Source: Rhynchopus sp. YZ270_cl-10
Lineage: Eukaryota
Direction of reading: 5' to 3'
DNA: 64,000 nucleotides
NCBI GenBank assembly: GCA_964035575.1
Contig: OZ037837.1
Coordinates: forward strand, 1,674,001 to 1,738,000
A program made the position numbers and the translations under genes. A model generated the notes under the pieces. The model saw only the letters and a program-made list of their open reading frames with translations. It was not told where the DNA came from and ran no database searches. This document shows positions 25,193 to 37,805 of this stretch, piece by piece; positions within the stretch are counted from its first letter, which is position 1, and every line of letters begins with the position of its first letter.

Positions 25193-25985
25193 GGTTGTGA
25201 TGATGGGGAAAAAAGAAAATAAAAGAAAGAAATTTGGAGAGGAGGATTGTCGAGTTGATATAGAGTATCAAAAGAAGAAAAAAATGGTGAGAGGATATTG
25301 GGGGTAATCCAAGGAAGGGGACCCCGTTTCGGGGTGCCAAAAAAAAAAAAAAAAAAACGCAAAAAAATTCAAGAAAAGGTCACAAAACTTCATTTTTTTT
25401 TGTGATTTTTTGCTATGTTTTTCTTTGAAACGTCCTGGATTACCCTAGGGGTAAGGGGAAGGATTTGGGGGTTTTTCTAAACCCGAAAAAGAGAAGTGTT
25501 TTGCATTCCTCATCAAAAGTAATGTGATATTGTGTCTATTGTAAAAACAAAACAGTGGAGATTGCACAAACTGTGGCAACACAACCGAGGCAACTACACT
25601 ACAACAATTTATCAAACAAAAAAAAATATAAGAAAAGTTGTCAGACCAGAGAGTTTCCTATTTTCCACCTGATTTTTCCTGAAATTTGGTGTTTAGTGGT
25701 ATCAAAACCACTTTTAACACCACTAAACTCCACCAAATTTCAGGCAAAATCAGTTGAATTTCGTCTTATCTCTGCCACACTCTTTAGGGATACGGGGTGT
25801 GCTGTCTGCAAACATCCTAAGCCTCCAAACTACGTGGCATTGAGCAGTCACAAGAACACGTCTCGGGGGCGAGCGATTTATAACAAAAAAAACATAGTGG
25901 AGCACACTCTAGGGTGGCTACACTAATACAACCAAGTTTTCAAAAAAAAAACTATATTTTTTTTCCTTTTCTTTTCTGTATTATC

Positions 25986-26808
25986 CACGTATGGCAAATG
26001 ATAATTTATTATGAGATCTCATAATAAATTATGAGATCATTATGCGCTATTATGCGCGCTCATAATAATCGCATAATGCATAATAGCGCATAATAGCGCA
26101 TAATGATTATGCGCTATTATGTGCTCATTATGTGCCCTACCCCAATGCCCCAAACCAGAAAATACCACCCTCAGATGTCCAAAAATCCATCTGCGCCCGG
26201 TTTTGAGCAGTTTTGAGCCTCAAGAAGCCCCGTATCTGCTTTTTTCAAAAATGTACATACAACTTGTACCTGCCCACCCCTCGTAGATAGAGCAACTCAC
26301 ACATCCATCACGCCTCAGTGTGAGCCAGGGGCCAGAAAAGCCCTCAAAGCCACATATTTTCACCCCAGAACCTATCCCGAGGGGTACCCAGGCGGTTTCG
26401 GGGTGTTTAGAGGGACTTGGTGGAACTTAGAACCATGTTTCAAAAAGTGTCAAGCACCTGGTACCAAAGGTTTTCCCACCCAAGGTATCTTAAGCCGTCA
26501 AAAAACGTGAAGTAGGTAATAAATCAAAGAAAACCCCCTGAAGTCAATAAAAACCACACCATAGGCCCATTTGTACCCCAAAATCGAATTCCGCCCGGTT
26601 TTGGGCACTTTTGACCACTTCTGAGCGACTTTTTTTGGGTGGGGGGGTGGGGGGTACGGCACATAATGAGCGCATAACGCCGCATAATTGGCGCATAATA
26701 GCACATAATAGCGCATAATAGCGCATAATAGCACATAATAGCGCATAATATCACATGTATTATGAGATCTCATAATAGCGCATAATATATTATCATTTGC
26801 CATACGTG
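25986..26808. mobile_element. TIR element with subterminal CATAATAGCG/TATTATGCGC repeats
   Basis: TIR CACGTATGGCAAATGATAAT / ATTATCATTTGCCATACGTG. No clear TSD, so the superfamily is unassigned. Confidence 0.75.
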
Positions 26809-28578
26809 TTAAAATTATCAGTATTTATTTCTTCCACAAAAGCGGGTTACCACTTTTTGAGTTTTCATTATTATTTTTTTTACATAACAGCATCTTTTGG
26901 GTGTACCGACGTGTGAAAACCACCCAAAAAAAAAAAAAAAACACCGGTAAACAAATTAAAAAGGCACCCCCCCCATCGATTTACCCCTTGAGGGCCATTC
27001 TTTGGCCATCCAAAACCGCAAAATGCGCTACACCATAACAACACTGTTGGGTGTACCGACGTGAGCTTTCTTTGAGTTTTTAGATGTCCAAAACAGTCTC
27101 AGGCAGTCCCAACCATAGGTGCTCACCTAGCGTGGTCGACAGTCAAACCTGAATTCATTATCTCATCTTCTGTCAAAACTCTTTCGGGATTGAGACATTC
27201 TGTCTGAATAAGAGTTATTATCCCACCTCTCTTTTGTGGAATATTATATATGGGATATATGGGTATGTGTCCACACGAGGCACTAAGAGTCTCTAAAATT
27301 CACCTCTCCATGGCTACTTGCGTTTGGAACTCAAGGTTGTGAGTACTGTACGGTAATCTGATGCCTTCATACGTACTAAGGTAGAGGAAGCATTTTTAGG
27401 TGACGAAGAAACACAGAGAGGCTTTAGGGTCAGAACTGCACGGTTGGGGGTCCTCCCGGTACACCAAGGTCATGTACCAAAGGTGCACTGCCACGAGAGT
27501 GCTTTGTTTTTTCAAGTCAAATTGCAAGTTTCATTTATTGTCCTGGCCTTTTGTTGTCATGATACGAAACGAGTGTTTCTTCCCTACTTTTCTGATCTCC
27601 CTTTTTGTTGCTTTTTTTTTGTTCTTTTTTGACTGCATCCGTGGCTAACAACTTACAGTTTTTTCTTCTTTTCAATGTATTTTCAAAGAGAATAGCAGTC
27701 TTTTGACAACAACGAGGGTGATGGTCAATTACTGCCCCCAAGGGTCGGGGATCGTCTCCAGCCTTTCTCGATTTTTTTTTATTTTTTACGCACGCTACTT
27801 TCACGGAACGTATCGCATCGTTCACTCACCCAACCGTGCTCCGCAACACCACCACCCAACAGGTGAGAGATAGTGTGTGGAAGCCTCAACGCAAGCCAGT
27901 CAACATTCACTAAATAACTGGGAAGATAGGCCTTACAAGGTCGTAAAAAACGTAAAAAAAAACGTTAAAAAAAAAGTACGTATTTTTTCTACACCTCATA
28001 TAGTCATCTTTCAAGTTTTTTTTTTTTGGTGACCATATTTCTTTCTTTTGTTTCAGTGCCGAGGTCCAGGGCACTTTGCACTTCCCACATAATTTTTTTT
28101 GTTCGCTGAGAATGATTTGAGTTCCCCATTCCCCCCCCCCCCCCCATTTCCCCCCCCTCATTTGATCACTCCAAACAAAAGCATTTCAACAAAAGCTAAA
28201 CATAGTATTGCCAGACCATTATTTTGTGTTCTCAGCCACACTCTAAGGAATGTGAGATTGGTGAAGCGTGTGACCTAGGTTCATTTTCTTTTTTTTGTTT
28301 TGTTTTGTTTTTTTTTGCAATTCTATTATTTTTTTACCGACACAAGAAATACTAATATTGGAATCTGGAGCGATTCCACTACGTACCTTGTGTTGTGTCT
28401 CTCTGTCTGGCTTCTCCCTTTTTCCCCCTCCCTTCCCTACAGGACCGTGAAAAGGATTTGAATTGTAGTTTTACTTGGAGTTTTCACCGTTGTAAACCAA
28501 CGGTTAAACCACAAATAAAACCACAAGTCAAATCAAAAAGCTGCTCTCAAGGGTTGAGAACGACCTTTTTACTGTATC

Positions 28579-29325
28579 CAGACTTTCCGCGCTGAAGAAT
28601 CCGATGAAGAATTCTTCGAAAAAAAAAAAATCCCTAAAAAAAAAATTTTTCCAGTGAAGAATTCTTCATTGGAAAAAAATAAAAATAAAAAAAATTCCCG
28701 GAAAAAAAAAAACCCCCCCCCCCACATAAGCCTCTGAGAGTGACCAGAACTGGCCTCATGAACAAAGTGACCCCGTCACAGCCAGAACGCGACTCAATTG
28801 ATCAAACGCCGAACGAAAAGGAAACATGCAGCATGGCGAAAGGAAAAAAGTAGCGTACCGTGCGCCTGCGGCGCAAGTTTGCAACCCACCTTCCCATGAC
28901 ATAGTTTGGCTGTAAAAATGTGCAATTTTAAGCGCAATTTTTTGAAATGTTGCGTACCGTGGCTTCGCCAGGAGCCTTGATGCTATGACCACCGTTTCTT
29001 TTTGTACACGTACTGAGGTTACTGATAATTCGTGTGTCTGGTGCAAATATCAATCAAGTTGAACTCCTCAGTTGGATACCCGAGGAATTCTCTCATTCCG
29101 GGTCGGGCTCGACCGCGCTTTTTTATTTTATTTTTTGGAAATCTCAGGGACTGCGCTGGGACGCGTGTTTTGGGCCAGAACTCTAGTTTCTCCGCCGGAG
29201 GCCCTGAACTTGCGTTAACTTCCGGCGCGCGTAGCGCGCCGGGCTCGGGACGTATTTACCTTTTATGTACAAAATCACGATTCTTCATCAAAAATCGTAC
29301 CCAATGAAGGAGCGCGGAAACACTG
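28579..29325. mobile_element. hAT-like MITE, family C
   Basis: Imperfect TIR CAGACTTTCCGCGCT / AGCGCGGAAACACTG, 8-bp TSD ACTGTATC. Contains the shared GCGTACCGTG core. Confidence 0.85.
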
Positions 29326-32300
29326 ACTGTATCTCACAAAAAAAAAATTATTATAGTGGAGTTCATCCTCGGGTGTCTACACTAATACAACCAAGTTTTC
29401 AAAAAAAAAAAAAAAAGGCTTTTTTTTTTTTACGCACACTACTTTATGAGCGGAAAAGTGTCACGTCGTTCACCCCAACCATACTCCGCAACACCATCCA
29501 ACAGGTGAGAGATAGTGTGTGTGGAAAACTTCAAACGTTCCACACACACTATTCAAACGCATCAAACAACTACAAGAAGGGGAGGGGTGAGGGAACGACA
29601 AATTACACTTTTTTTTTTCTCCCCAACAATTGAGTACCCTAGTTCGCACCAACGGGTACGTGGAGATGCGTAGCAAACAAAAAACTGTCTGTCTTCAGCA
29701 CCTTTTCCCCACTTCTTTTCGAAGCTTATGTATTTGTTTTGAGATACACTGTCACGAGAGGGATTTTGTATTTCAAGCCACATTTCCCCCCACCCCCTAT
29801 TTTTTCTGTACGGTACGTTTTGGCCCCCCCATGTTTTCCCTTCCCCATCGTCTCACTGTTTTGTATTTCTAGACTCAAAGCTAGAACCTTTATAAACCGA
29901 GCGTTCTTTTTAAGTGGTACCAGTGACGCTGTCTGCAAAATCTCTCTGGGCCACGTAACATAAAAATAAAACCCATCTTTTCTGTATCCCGAGTGACTAA
30001 GCACGCGAGGTTTGGGATCAGCTGTTCCACTTTATTTCTTTGGTGTACTTCGTTCGGGAGCAAAAAGAAAGGGTGCATGTGTTGACCCTCTCAAATACTT
30101 TCAGTTCTGTGAACTAATTATGTGAATCTATAAAAAACAGTGGATATTGCACAACCGTGGCAACTACACTACTCCAACAATTTATCAAAAAATAGGGGAA
30201 ACAATCTCCAAAATAAAAATAAACAAAACACTTCCCTCTGTAGAAAAAAGTGGAGATTTTGCACAACTGTGTCAACACAACCACCTACGCTAGATAGAAC
30301 AAAAAGAGCGGCCACACTGCCACGGCAAGCGCTATAGTGACGAGAGTGAATACCAAGTATATTATAAATGTTAAAAATGTAGTCTGTGGCATTCCTTATC
30401 ATCGATACCAGAAATTTTTTTTCAAAAAAAAAAGTGATTTGTTCGCCCCCTAAAGCCATCCCCTCGTAAGTAACATTTCACCCCCCTTTTTTTTCTCTCT
30501 TTTTTGAATAATTGTGTTGGGCTTTTGTGGCGTACTATGAAGGTAAGGTCGGAGGCTTTGATCAATATCAGTTTCTGTGTCAGAATGTGTGCACACGTGG
30601 AGGGCACATTCTTTTTCAACATTTTTTTTTAAAGAAGTTGATACGGTTGAAAAGGGATTCAACAACACAGGAGACATACGATGGAAAATAAGATGGTCGA
30701 AAATTCTCGGAGAGAATGGTGCAGGGCTGCCTCTCGAATGAAAGGAGGGGTGCGAGGATAGGACCATCCTGAAGGAGCACGGATGAGTCATACTGGAATG
30801 ACTAGTCGTAGTGATGATGAGTCAGTCATGTGACCATTGTTCGTATCCATAGAAACCAGCCCATCGTGCAAAAAGTAGTTTCATTCCATCAATTTTTTTT
30901 ATCATAAACAACCGAAGCTGGCATCTGACAAGAGGTACGGTACGCCTAAAAACCAACTGTTTTTTTTTTTTTTTTTTTTCAAAAAAAAGAGAAAAGAGAA
31001 CAAAAAAGAATGTCACAAGAGAGGGACGCTTGCGGGGCTATATATTTTTTTTGTGTATCTTGCTTCTTTGTTTTTTCTTTTTCTATTTTCAGTGTGGCAC
31101 TGGGGTCTAACATATGTACTGTCTTCCTCTGTTTTGGCTCATTTTTTTTTTTTATCTTTTTTTTAAAGGTGTGTGTGTGTGTGTATGCATGTTATAAATT
31201 CAATTTTTTCCCCGGGAAATTCCTGCACAGAATATTTCCCAAGGCACAGCAAATGAATCTGATGCCCCTCCCCGTTTTTTTTTTTTTGTGTTTTTTGAGT
31301 GCATTTCGCCCAAGTGAGGAGGCATGACTAAAGACCAAAAGAATATTTTTCTTGTCCAGATATCGTGTCTTGCCCTGACTACATAGGTAATAGCAGTGGT
31401 AGTTTTTTTTTTTGTATTTTTTGCAAGACAAACAGGCAATCAGTTTTTTCTTTGTTTATTCCTCACTGCGGGATGCTGACCAAAACAAAATGTGTGATGT
31501 ACGCATGGCGCATTGGTCTTCCTTCGTTTTCTGTCTTCTCTTGTTTTATTTGCTTTATTTGCTCTCATCTGACAAGATGACGTGTGTTTGCTGTTTGCTG
31601 GTACTTTTTTTACTCATTTTTTACCCATTTATTGGTAACCCCCCCCGCCGGTCCCCCCCCGGAGAGTGTTCTCCCTCACCAAAGTGCAACAAAGTGAGTG
31701 GTTTCCAAAAAAAACAAAATCCTCCCTTTTTTACGCACACTACTTTATAAGCGGAAAGTGTCACGTCGTTCTCTGTACTCCGCATCACCATCGCCCTGCA
31801 GGTGTGAAATAGTGTGTGTGGAAGCGTCAACGCATCAAACACCAAGAAGGGGGGTGAGGGAACGACAAGTGACACTTTTTCAAAAAATAAAATAAAATTT
31901 TAACGGCAGGTCTTCTGTCTTTTTAGAAAAACAAAAACAACAACAAAAATATTTTCTGGCTTTGACACACCGCTTTTCCCCCTCTTTTAGTACCTTTGCT
32001 GTGTGGTTCTTCTGCAAGGTTGTTGCTTATCTTTTTCATTTTTTGAAATTATCATTTTTTACATTTTTTTGCTCCTTTTTTTTGTCAACAAAAAAATGAA
32101 AAATCCCTCAGAGCAACAAAAAAAATTGCGTCCTTGCTCTTCTCTTCCCACAGTCTAATCGCTGTGCGCGAAAAACAAGAATAAAAGGAACCTATTCTTT
32201 TTTGTTGCCACATTTTTTGACATCATTTTTTGTTGTCCTCTCTCATGGAGTTGCCTCTCACCGAGTTGCCTCTCACCCTTTTTTTTTCAGTGTCTGCGTC

Positions 32301-33427
32301 CGCCGATGTACGGTGAGGCGTTTGCACTTTCAACTTTTCTTTTTTTTTTGTTTTTTGCTGTTTTTTTTTTTGTACATATCAACGGAGTATCATGTTCCCC
32401 AACTGATTTTTCCCCTGAAATTTGGTGGAGTTTAGTGGAGTTTAGTGGTGGTATTTAAAAATTGAAACCACACTCCTACTTTTCTTTTTTATGTTTTCAC
32501 CCACCGCAAACAATAACGCAATAAAAAACAATAAAGGCAAAAGGGAGAGGTTGTGGTGAAACGCACACACCTCGACCTGTCGGTGAAACAGACTACTTCC
32601 TGTCAACACCAGTATAACATTTTGTGGTATTTAAACACCACCAAAACACCACCAAAACTCCATCAAATCTTCAGGCAAAATCAGGTTGGGTTCCCAGCCA
32701 TCTCATTTGGGTGCACATGAGGCAGTGTCCAGCTTCCAACTTTTTCTTTCTTTCAGTGTTCTTCACCCAGTGCTGACCACACCGTCTGTTCCCCCCTTTC
32801 TGTTGCATTGCGGCAGGACGTTAAAGGGCACAGATCGACTTTTCTTTCTCCATCTCTCCTCTGGCCTCAAAATTGCACGTCGTAAATTACCAAGTTTATC
32901 CAAGGAAAAGGCAAAATAAAAAGGACCAATTTGGGTCGTAGGAAAAAAAAATGAAGCTTTTTTAAAAAAAGCAGAGTTCGTTACCCCCTCTCTCCCGTCT
33001 CCATTCTCCTCAGTGCGTTTTTCGTAAAAATGGCCGCGGGGGTTTTTTGTAAGGTGATTAAGCGCGAGACAAATTGCCACCCATGAGCAGCAATAACACA
33101 ACAAAAAAAAAAAAAAAACAAACAAACGGCTGATGTCATGAATAAACAAACCAAAAAATAATCTAATCAGACTCAGCACGAGAGGCTTAGGGTCATCTTA
33201 TAAGCTTTTCTCTTTTGTTTTATTACCTTACCGGTACCGGTATCCAAGAGGGGTGAAGGAAGGTTGTGGGAAAAGCCTTATTATACACAAGGTCACACAA
33301 CGCACCCATGCGCTTTTCAGAAAATGACTTGGCACAGCACGGCGTTAATGTGTTTAAAAACCAAACTATAGCTGTGAGATAGTTTCCCAAGGTAAGGGTT
33401 GAGGTATTTTTTTTTTTGGTCCTCACA

Positions 33428-34196
33428 CAGGGCGTTCGCTATCGCCATCGTTTTTTCCTGATCGTGGCGAAATGCCAAAAAACCCGAAATTTTTGGTTTT
33501 TTACTAGTGCTTAAAATAGGTCAAAAAAAATTTCCCGCCGGAGAGAAGCTAGTTCGTGGGGGTGAATCCCTGGTACTGAGTGGTCAAAAAAATTTTGCGA
33601 TTTGCGCGTGATCCCTTCCCCAGCACAAGTGCTATTACAGCTGAACTTTCCTGATATTAAAACCAGCAAAACGATGGAGAATTTCATCAATCCCCCCTCA
33701 CTGAGGGTCTCTTTGTGCTGTTTAATCAAACAGATGTACAAGAGAGAGGCATCTGTCATATGAGACTTCATCCTTATTTTGACTATTTTCAATAAACTAA
33801 AACGTCTCTCTGCCGTTGAAGGTAGAGTTGACACGAGTAGTGACACCTTCTATACCAGGGGGTACTGGACACCTTCAGCAGACTGCAGGATTGAGGAGCG
33901 AGCAGGAGTGCTGGGGAAACTTCCTTTCACGGCAGGCGGGTTTGCGGATGATTTTGAGTACAGTGGACACCCCCTCTGCGACCCCCCCTCCGGGGGGGTC
34001 GACAGGGTGGTGGGGAGAAATCTCTCTCTCTCTTTTTTTTTTTTTTTTTTTTCCCCCTTTTTTTTATTTATTTATTTATTTATACAGGGTTTCGCCCCGG
34101 TGGGGCGAAGCCCTGGGGCGAAATAAAATATCATTTTTTCAGGAAAAGATTTTTTTAACGAAAAAAAATATTTTTCGCCCCGGGGCGAACGCCCTG
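33428..34196 (-). mobile_element. hAT deletion derivative, family B (inverted copy of 6048-6810)
   Basis: Same TIR CAGGGCGTTCGC, 8-bp TSD TCCTCACA. hATC remnant ORF at 33511-33846 on the minus strand. Confidence 0.9.
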
Positions 34197-34206
34197 TCCT
34201 CACAAA

Positions 34207-35667
34207 CAGGGTTTTATCTTGAAAAAGCATTTTAAAATTCTACCCGGTCTACCCGGTCTGCAGTGTTTCCGCTATGAAGATATGACCCAAAAAATCTTCA
34301 AAAAAAAAAAAAAATCTGGGATTTTCCCGTTTTTTCCCATGAAGATATCTTCATGAGAAAAAAAAAAAGAAAAAGAAAAAGAAAAAAAACCAGAAAAAAA
34401 GGGGAGGCAGGGCGTCGCGCGCGCGCGCGAAGCGCGTCTTATCCCCTTCCTGGTATCATTGTGAAGAGGATATAGCGAGGTAAAGTTTCAGACCGTGCCC
34501 CCAATTCCCTCAATCTTTGCACCATTTGACAAAGAGTGAGAATAAGGGATCGACAAAAATAAAAAAAGTAGCGTACCGTGCGCCTGCGGCGCAAAACTTA
34601 TGAGCGGAATCCCACAGCCCTCTACCATAGTTTGTCTGTAAAAATGGTTGATTTTAAGTCACAATTTTTGAAATGTTGCGTACCGTGGCTTCGCCAAAAA
34701 GTTTTGATATTATGAGATCCGCCGTTTCTTCCTGTACTGAGGGAAGGCAGGCGTAGAAAAAACATGAGAAAAAGCGTTGGTTTGGTTCTTGATGTACATT
34801 ACCATCCCACGTCATCACGTATTTACCTGAAATGGACGGACCTTTTCGCGCGGAGCGCGAAAAAAATTTTTTGACCCCTTTTTGGACATATCTTCATATC
34901 TTCACGGTTTTGGAAAAAAAAATTTTTCCATGAAGATAAGCGGAAACCCTGCCGGTCTGGTAAAAAAGTGGTCAAAAAAAAAAAATTTCGCCTCTGGCGA
35001 AAATGTCCCGGTAAACCGTTAAAATTGCTGCATTCACTCGCATATTGCATATCATCTCGCGTTCCCCACCTTTGCGGAATAAGCAAAAAAATCATGTCAG
35101 GTCGGTAGCGTGCGGACATATAGACATCTACAAAAAGAAACTGCAGTCATGGCAAAGGTTCCTGGCGAAGCCACGGTACGCAACATTTCTAAAAAAATGT
35201 TGACATCAAATGGCACTGTCGTTGGTCATTATCGTCAGTTCCCGTAAATGTTACTTCCATATTTTGCTGAACGAAAGTTTTGGCGAAGCCACGGTACGCA
35301 ACATTTCAAAATATTGTGCTTAAAATTGCACATTTTACAGCCAAACTATGTCATGGGTGGGTTGCAAGCTTGCGCCGCAGGCGCACGGTACGCTACTTTT
35401 ATCCTTTCGCCATGCTGCATGCTTCCTTTTCCTTCGGCGTTTGACCAATTGGGTCGCGTTCTGGCTGTGACGGGGTCACTTTGTTCATGAGGCCAGTTCT
35501 GGTCACTCTTAGAGGTTTGTGTGAGGTACCCCCAAGATTTATCATTTTGGGTTTTTTTTTGGCCTGGCCGGGTGGTTATTTTTTTTTTTTTCCCCAGACC
35601 GGGTAAATATTTTTTTTTTCTTTTACCCGGTCTAGGGACCACTAACATATAAGGAGATAAAACCCTG
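34207..35667 (-). mobile_element. hAT-like element, family A (inverted copy), carrying a nested insertion
   Basis: TIR CAGGGTTTTATCT, 8-bp TSD CTCACAAA. Lacks the family B insert present in the 6000-7537 copy. Confidence 0.88.
34261..34951. mobile_element. hAT-like MITE (family C-related) nested in family A
   Basis: TIR CAGTGTTTCCGCT / AGCGGAAACCCTG, 8-bp TSD CCGGTCTG. Confidence 0.85.
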
Positions 35668-35728
35668 CTCACAAAATTTCAAGAATGTGTCCAGTCATTC
35701 ACAATAGTGTTCTCTCCCCCCCCCTAGG

Positions 35729-36544
35729 CATACTGTGCGGGCGAGTAAAAAAAACTCGCCTACTCGCCAAAAACTCGCCTAAAACTCGCCTATTTTTGGG
35801 GGGCGAGTTTTGGCGAGTTTTTTTTTTGGTAGGGATTTTACCTTGGGAAAAGTGTACACACGAAAATATGAGGGAAATTTGAGTTTTGAAGAGAAAATTT
35901 TTTTCGTTCCACTTGAACAAGACCTCTACAGTTTGCTTTGTAGGCTTCCACAACCAGTACCACCAGTCCAGCTGTAGCTTCTGCGGATCCATGAAGCTTG
36001 CACAGATGGGTGCGATGTAGTCGTGGGGGAGTACCGCCAAGGGGTGGCCTGCAGGGTTGCCATTTACCGGCATGGCGAGGACATTGTTGTATAGCGAGTG
36101 TAGCCCCGGCTCATGTCTTCGTCATCCTCCGGATTGTAGCACGTCTTGTCCCCCGGGATCTATGGCACGCCTGGATCTTCCCCTGGAGCAAATGTTTACA
36201 TACATGCCTGTCAGCCACTGCCGTGACATGGTTGCCTTTAGACGTACAAGTGACACAATTTCAATTTTTTTGTGTTTTCGAGTGGCATGTTGTCATCAGT
36301 CACCCCCGCCCTCCATTTTCACATCCTGGTGCACATTTTCACCCCCAAGGTGCGTATGTGCACCAGGATTTGCACCCAAATTGGGGCGAGTTTAGGCGAG
36401 TTTAGGCGAGTTTTTGGCGAGTTTAGGCGAGTTTTGGCGAGTAATAGGCGAGTAATGGGCGAGTAGGGCGAGTTTTTGGCGAGTTTTTCCTGAAAATCAG
36501 GAAAACGAAAAACTCGCCTAAAAACGGCTCGCCTGCACAGTATG
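35729..36544. mobile_element. TIR element with GGCGAGTTT subterminal repeats
   Basis: TIR CATACTGTGC(G/A)GGCGAG with CCTAGG on both sides (35723-35728, 36545-36550). Weak hATC-like peptide PGLHSLYNNVLAMPV on the minus strand. Confidence 0.75.
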
Positions 36545-37805
36545 CCTAGGGGGGGTCAAATGCACTTAAAAAAACGATACAAACGTCATTTTTTCGAGTT
36601 TTTGATAAAAACGCATTATTTTGGATGATTGAGTAGAAATTTTGACCAAGAACCTCTCAAAAACATCGTGGGGGGTGGTTTTCACGCCAGAGGGGGATCA
36701 CATGCACCCCAAATGGTGAAATTCCAAAAAAAAAAAAAAATTGCCCATGACTGGTACCGGCCCCACCAATTCCTTAAGGAATTAAATTCCGATTTTTTTC
36801 ATTTTTTTTGCGATTTTTTTGCTCAAAAATTGACGATACCCTGTTTTCGGGGCAAAACTCTCTAATTTTGGGCAGTTCCGTGTGAAAATATGCAAAAATA
36901 GTCAAAAATTGGAAAATCGTTAAGGAAATCGTTAAGGAAATCCTTAACGACTTAACGTGGGGTACCAATCATGGGCAATTTTTCAATTTTCACGTTTTAG
37001 CACCTCCTGGGCCCGAAAAATGGGTCAAAACCGACCGACAAACAGTTTTCCACACGATATGTGTCACATTTTCGGGTCAGATTCACTTAGAAATGCGTTT
37101 TTATCGAAAACTGAAAAAAGTGGGTTTGTATCACCCATTTGACCGCCCCTACTCCCCCCCCCCGCCCCGCCCCCGCCCCCCTCTCTCCCGTTGAAGTAAT
37201 GGTTCCCTTCGCACCTCTCTGCCCGTAGTAACAGTTCGGCTTCTGAAAGAAAGGCAAAAAAATATTTTTAAAAAAGCAAAACAAAAACAAAAAAAGAGAA
37301 AAAAAAAACAAAAGAATGCTCGCTACCTTTCTAATCGCACTCCCCCAACCAATCACAGCCCCTTTTTGTTTCAACCTTAGCATCGACGTCCATTCACGGA
37401 TCCTCCGACCACCCCCCTACAGTACGAGAAATTGTCCCCCGTTTTTCCGTACGAGATATTGTCCCCCCCTCACTTTTCCCCCCATGCAGGGTGGACAATT
37501 TCACGGGGGGAGGGTCGGTATACGAAATATTCGAATTTTACAACCTACCCCCTCACCCCCTCGGACACAAGATAGTAAGGCTAGATACTCAACAAAGTTT
37601 AATGCAATCTTGCTTGTCGTTACCTTTTGCAGTTAACATCAAACTAAAATGCTTTTTTCGGCAAAAAAACAAAAGCCAAAATAATACACAGAGAACAAGC
37701 GAATTTTTCAACATACAAACGATCTTTATATACCCCCTCACCCCCTCATCCCCAACACCAACGCAGGTGTACCCAACGCAACGTGACAGTATCCTTAGTG
37801 AGAAG

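Noticed and set aside
37491..37805. 105-aa N-terminal extension of the NLR ORF
   Set aside because: Starts at a non-ATG codon inside a MITE remnant and runs through AT-rich DNA; ATG 37806 gives a myristoylation consensus and marks the start of coding-like composition.
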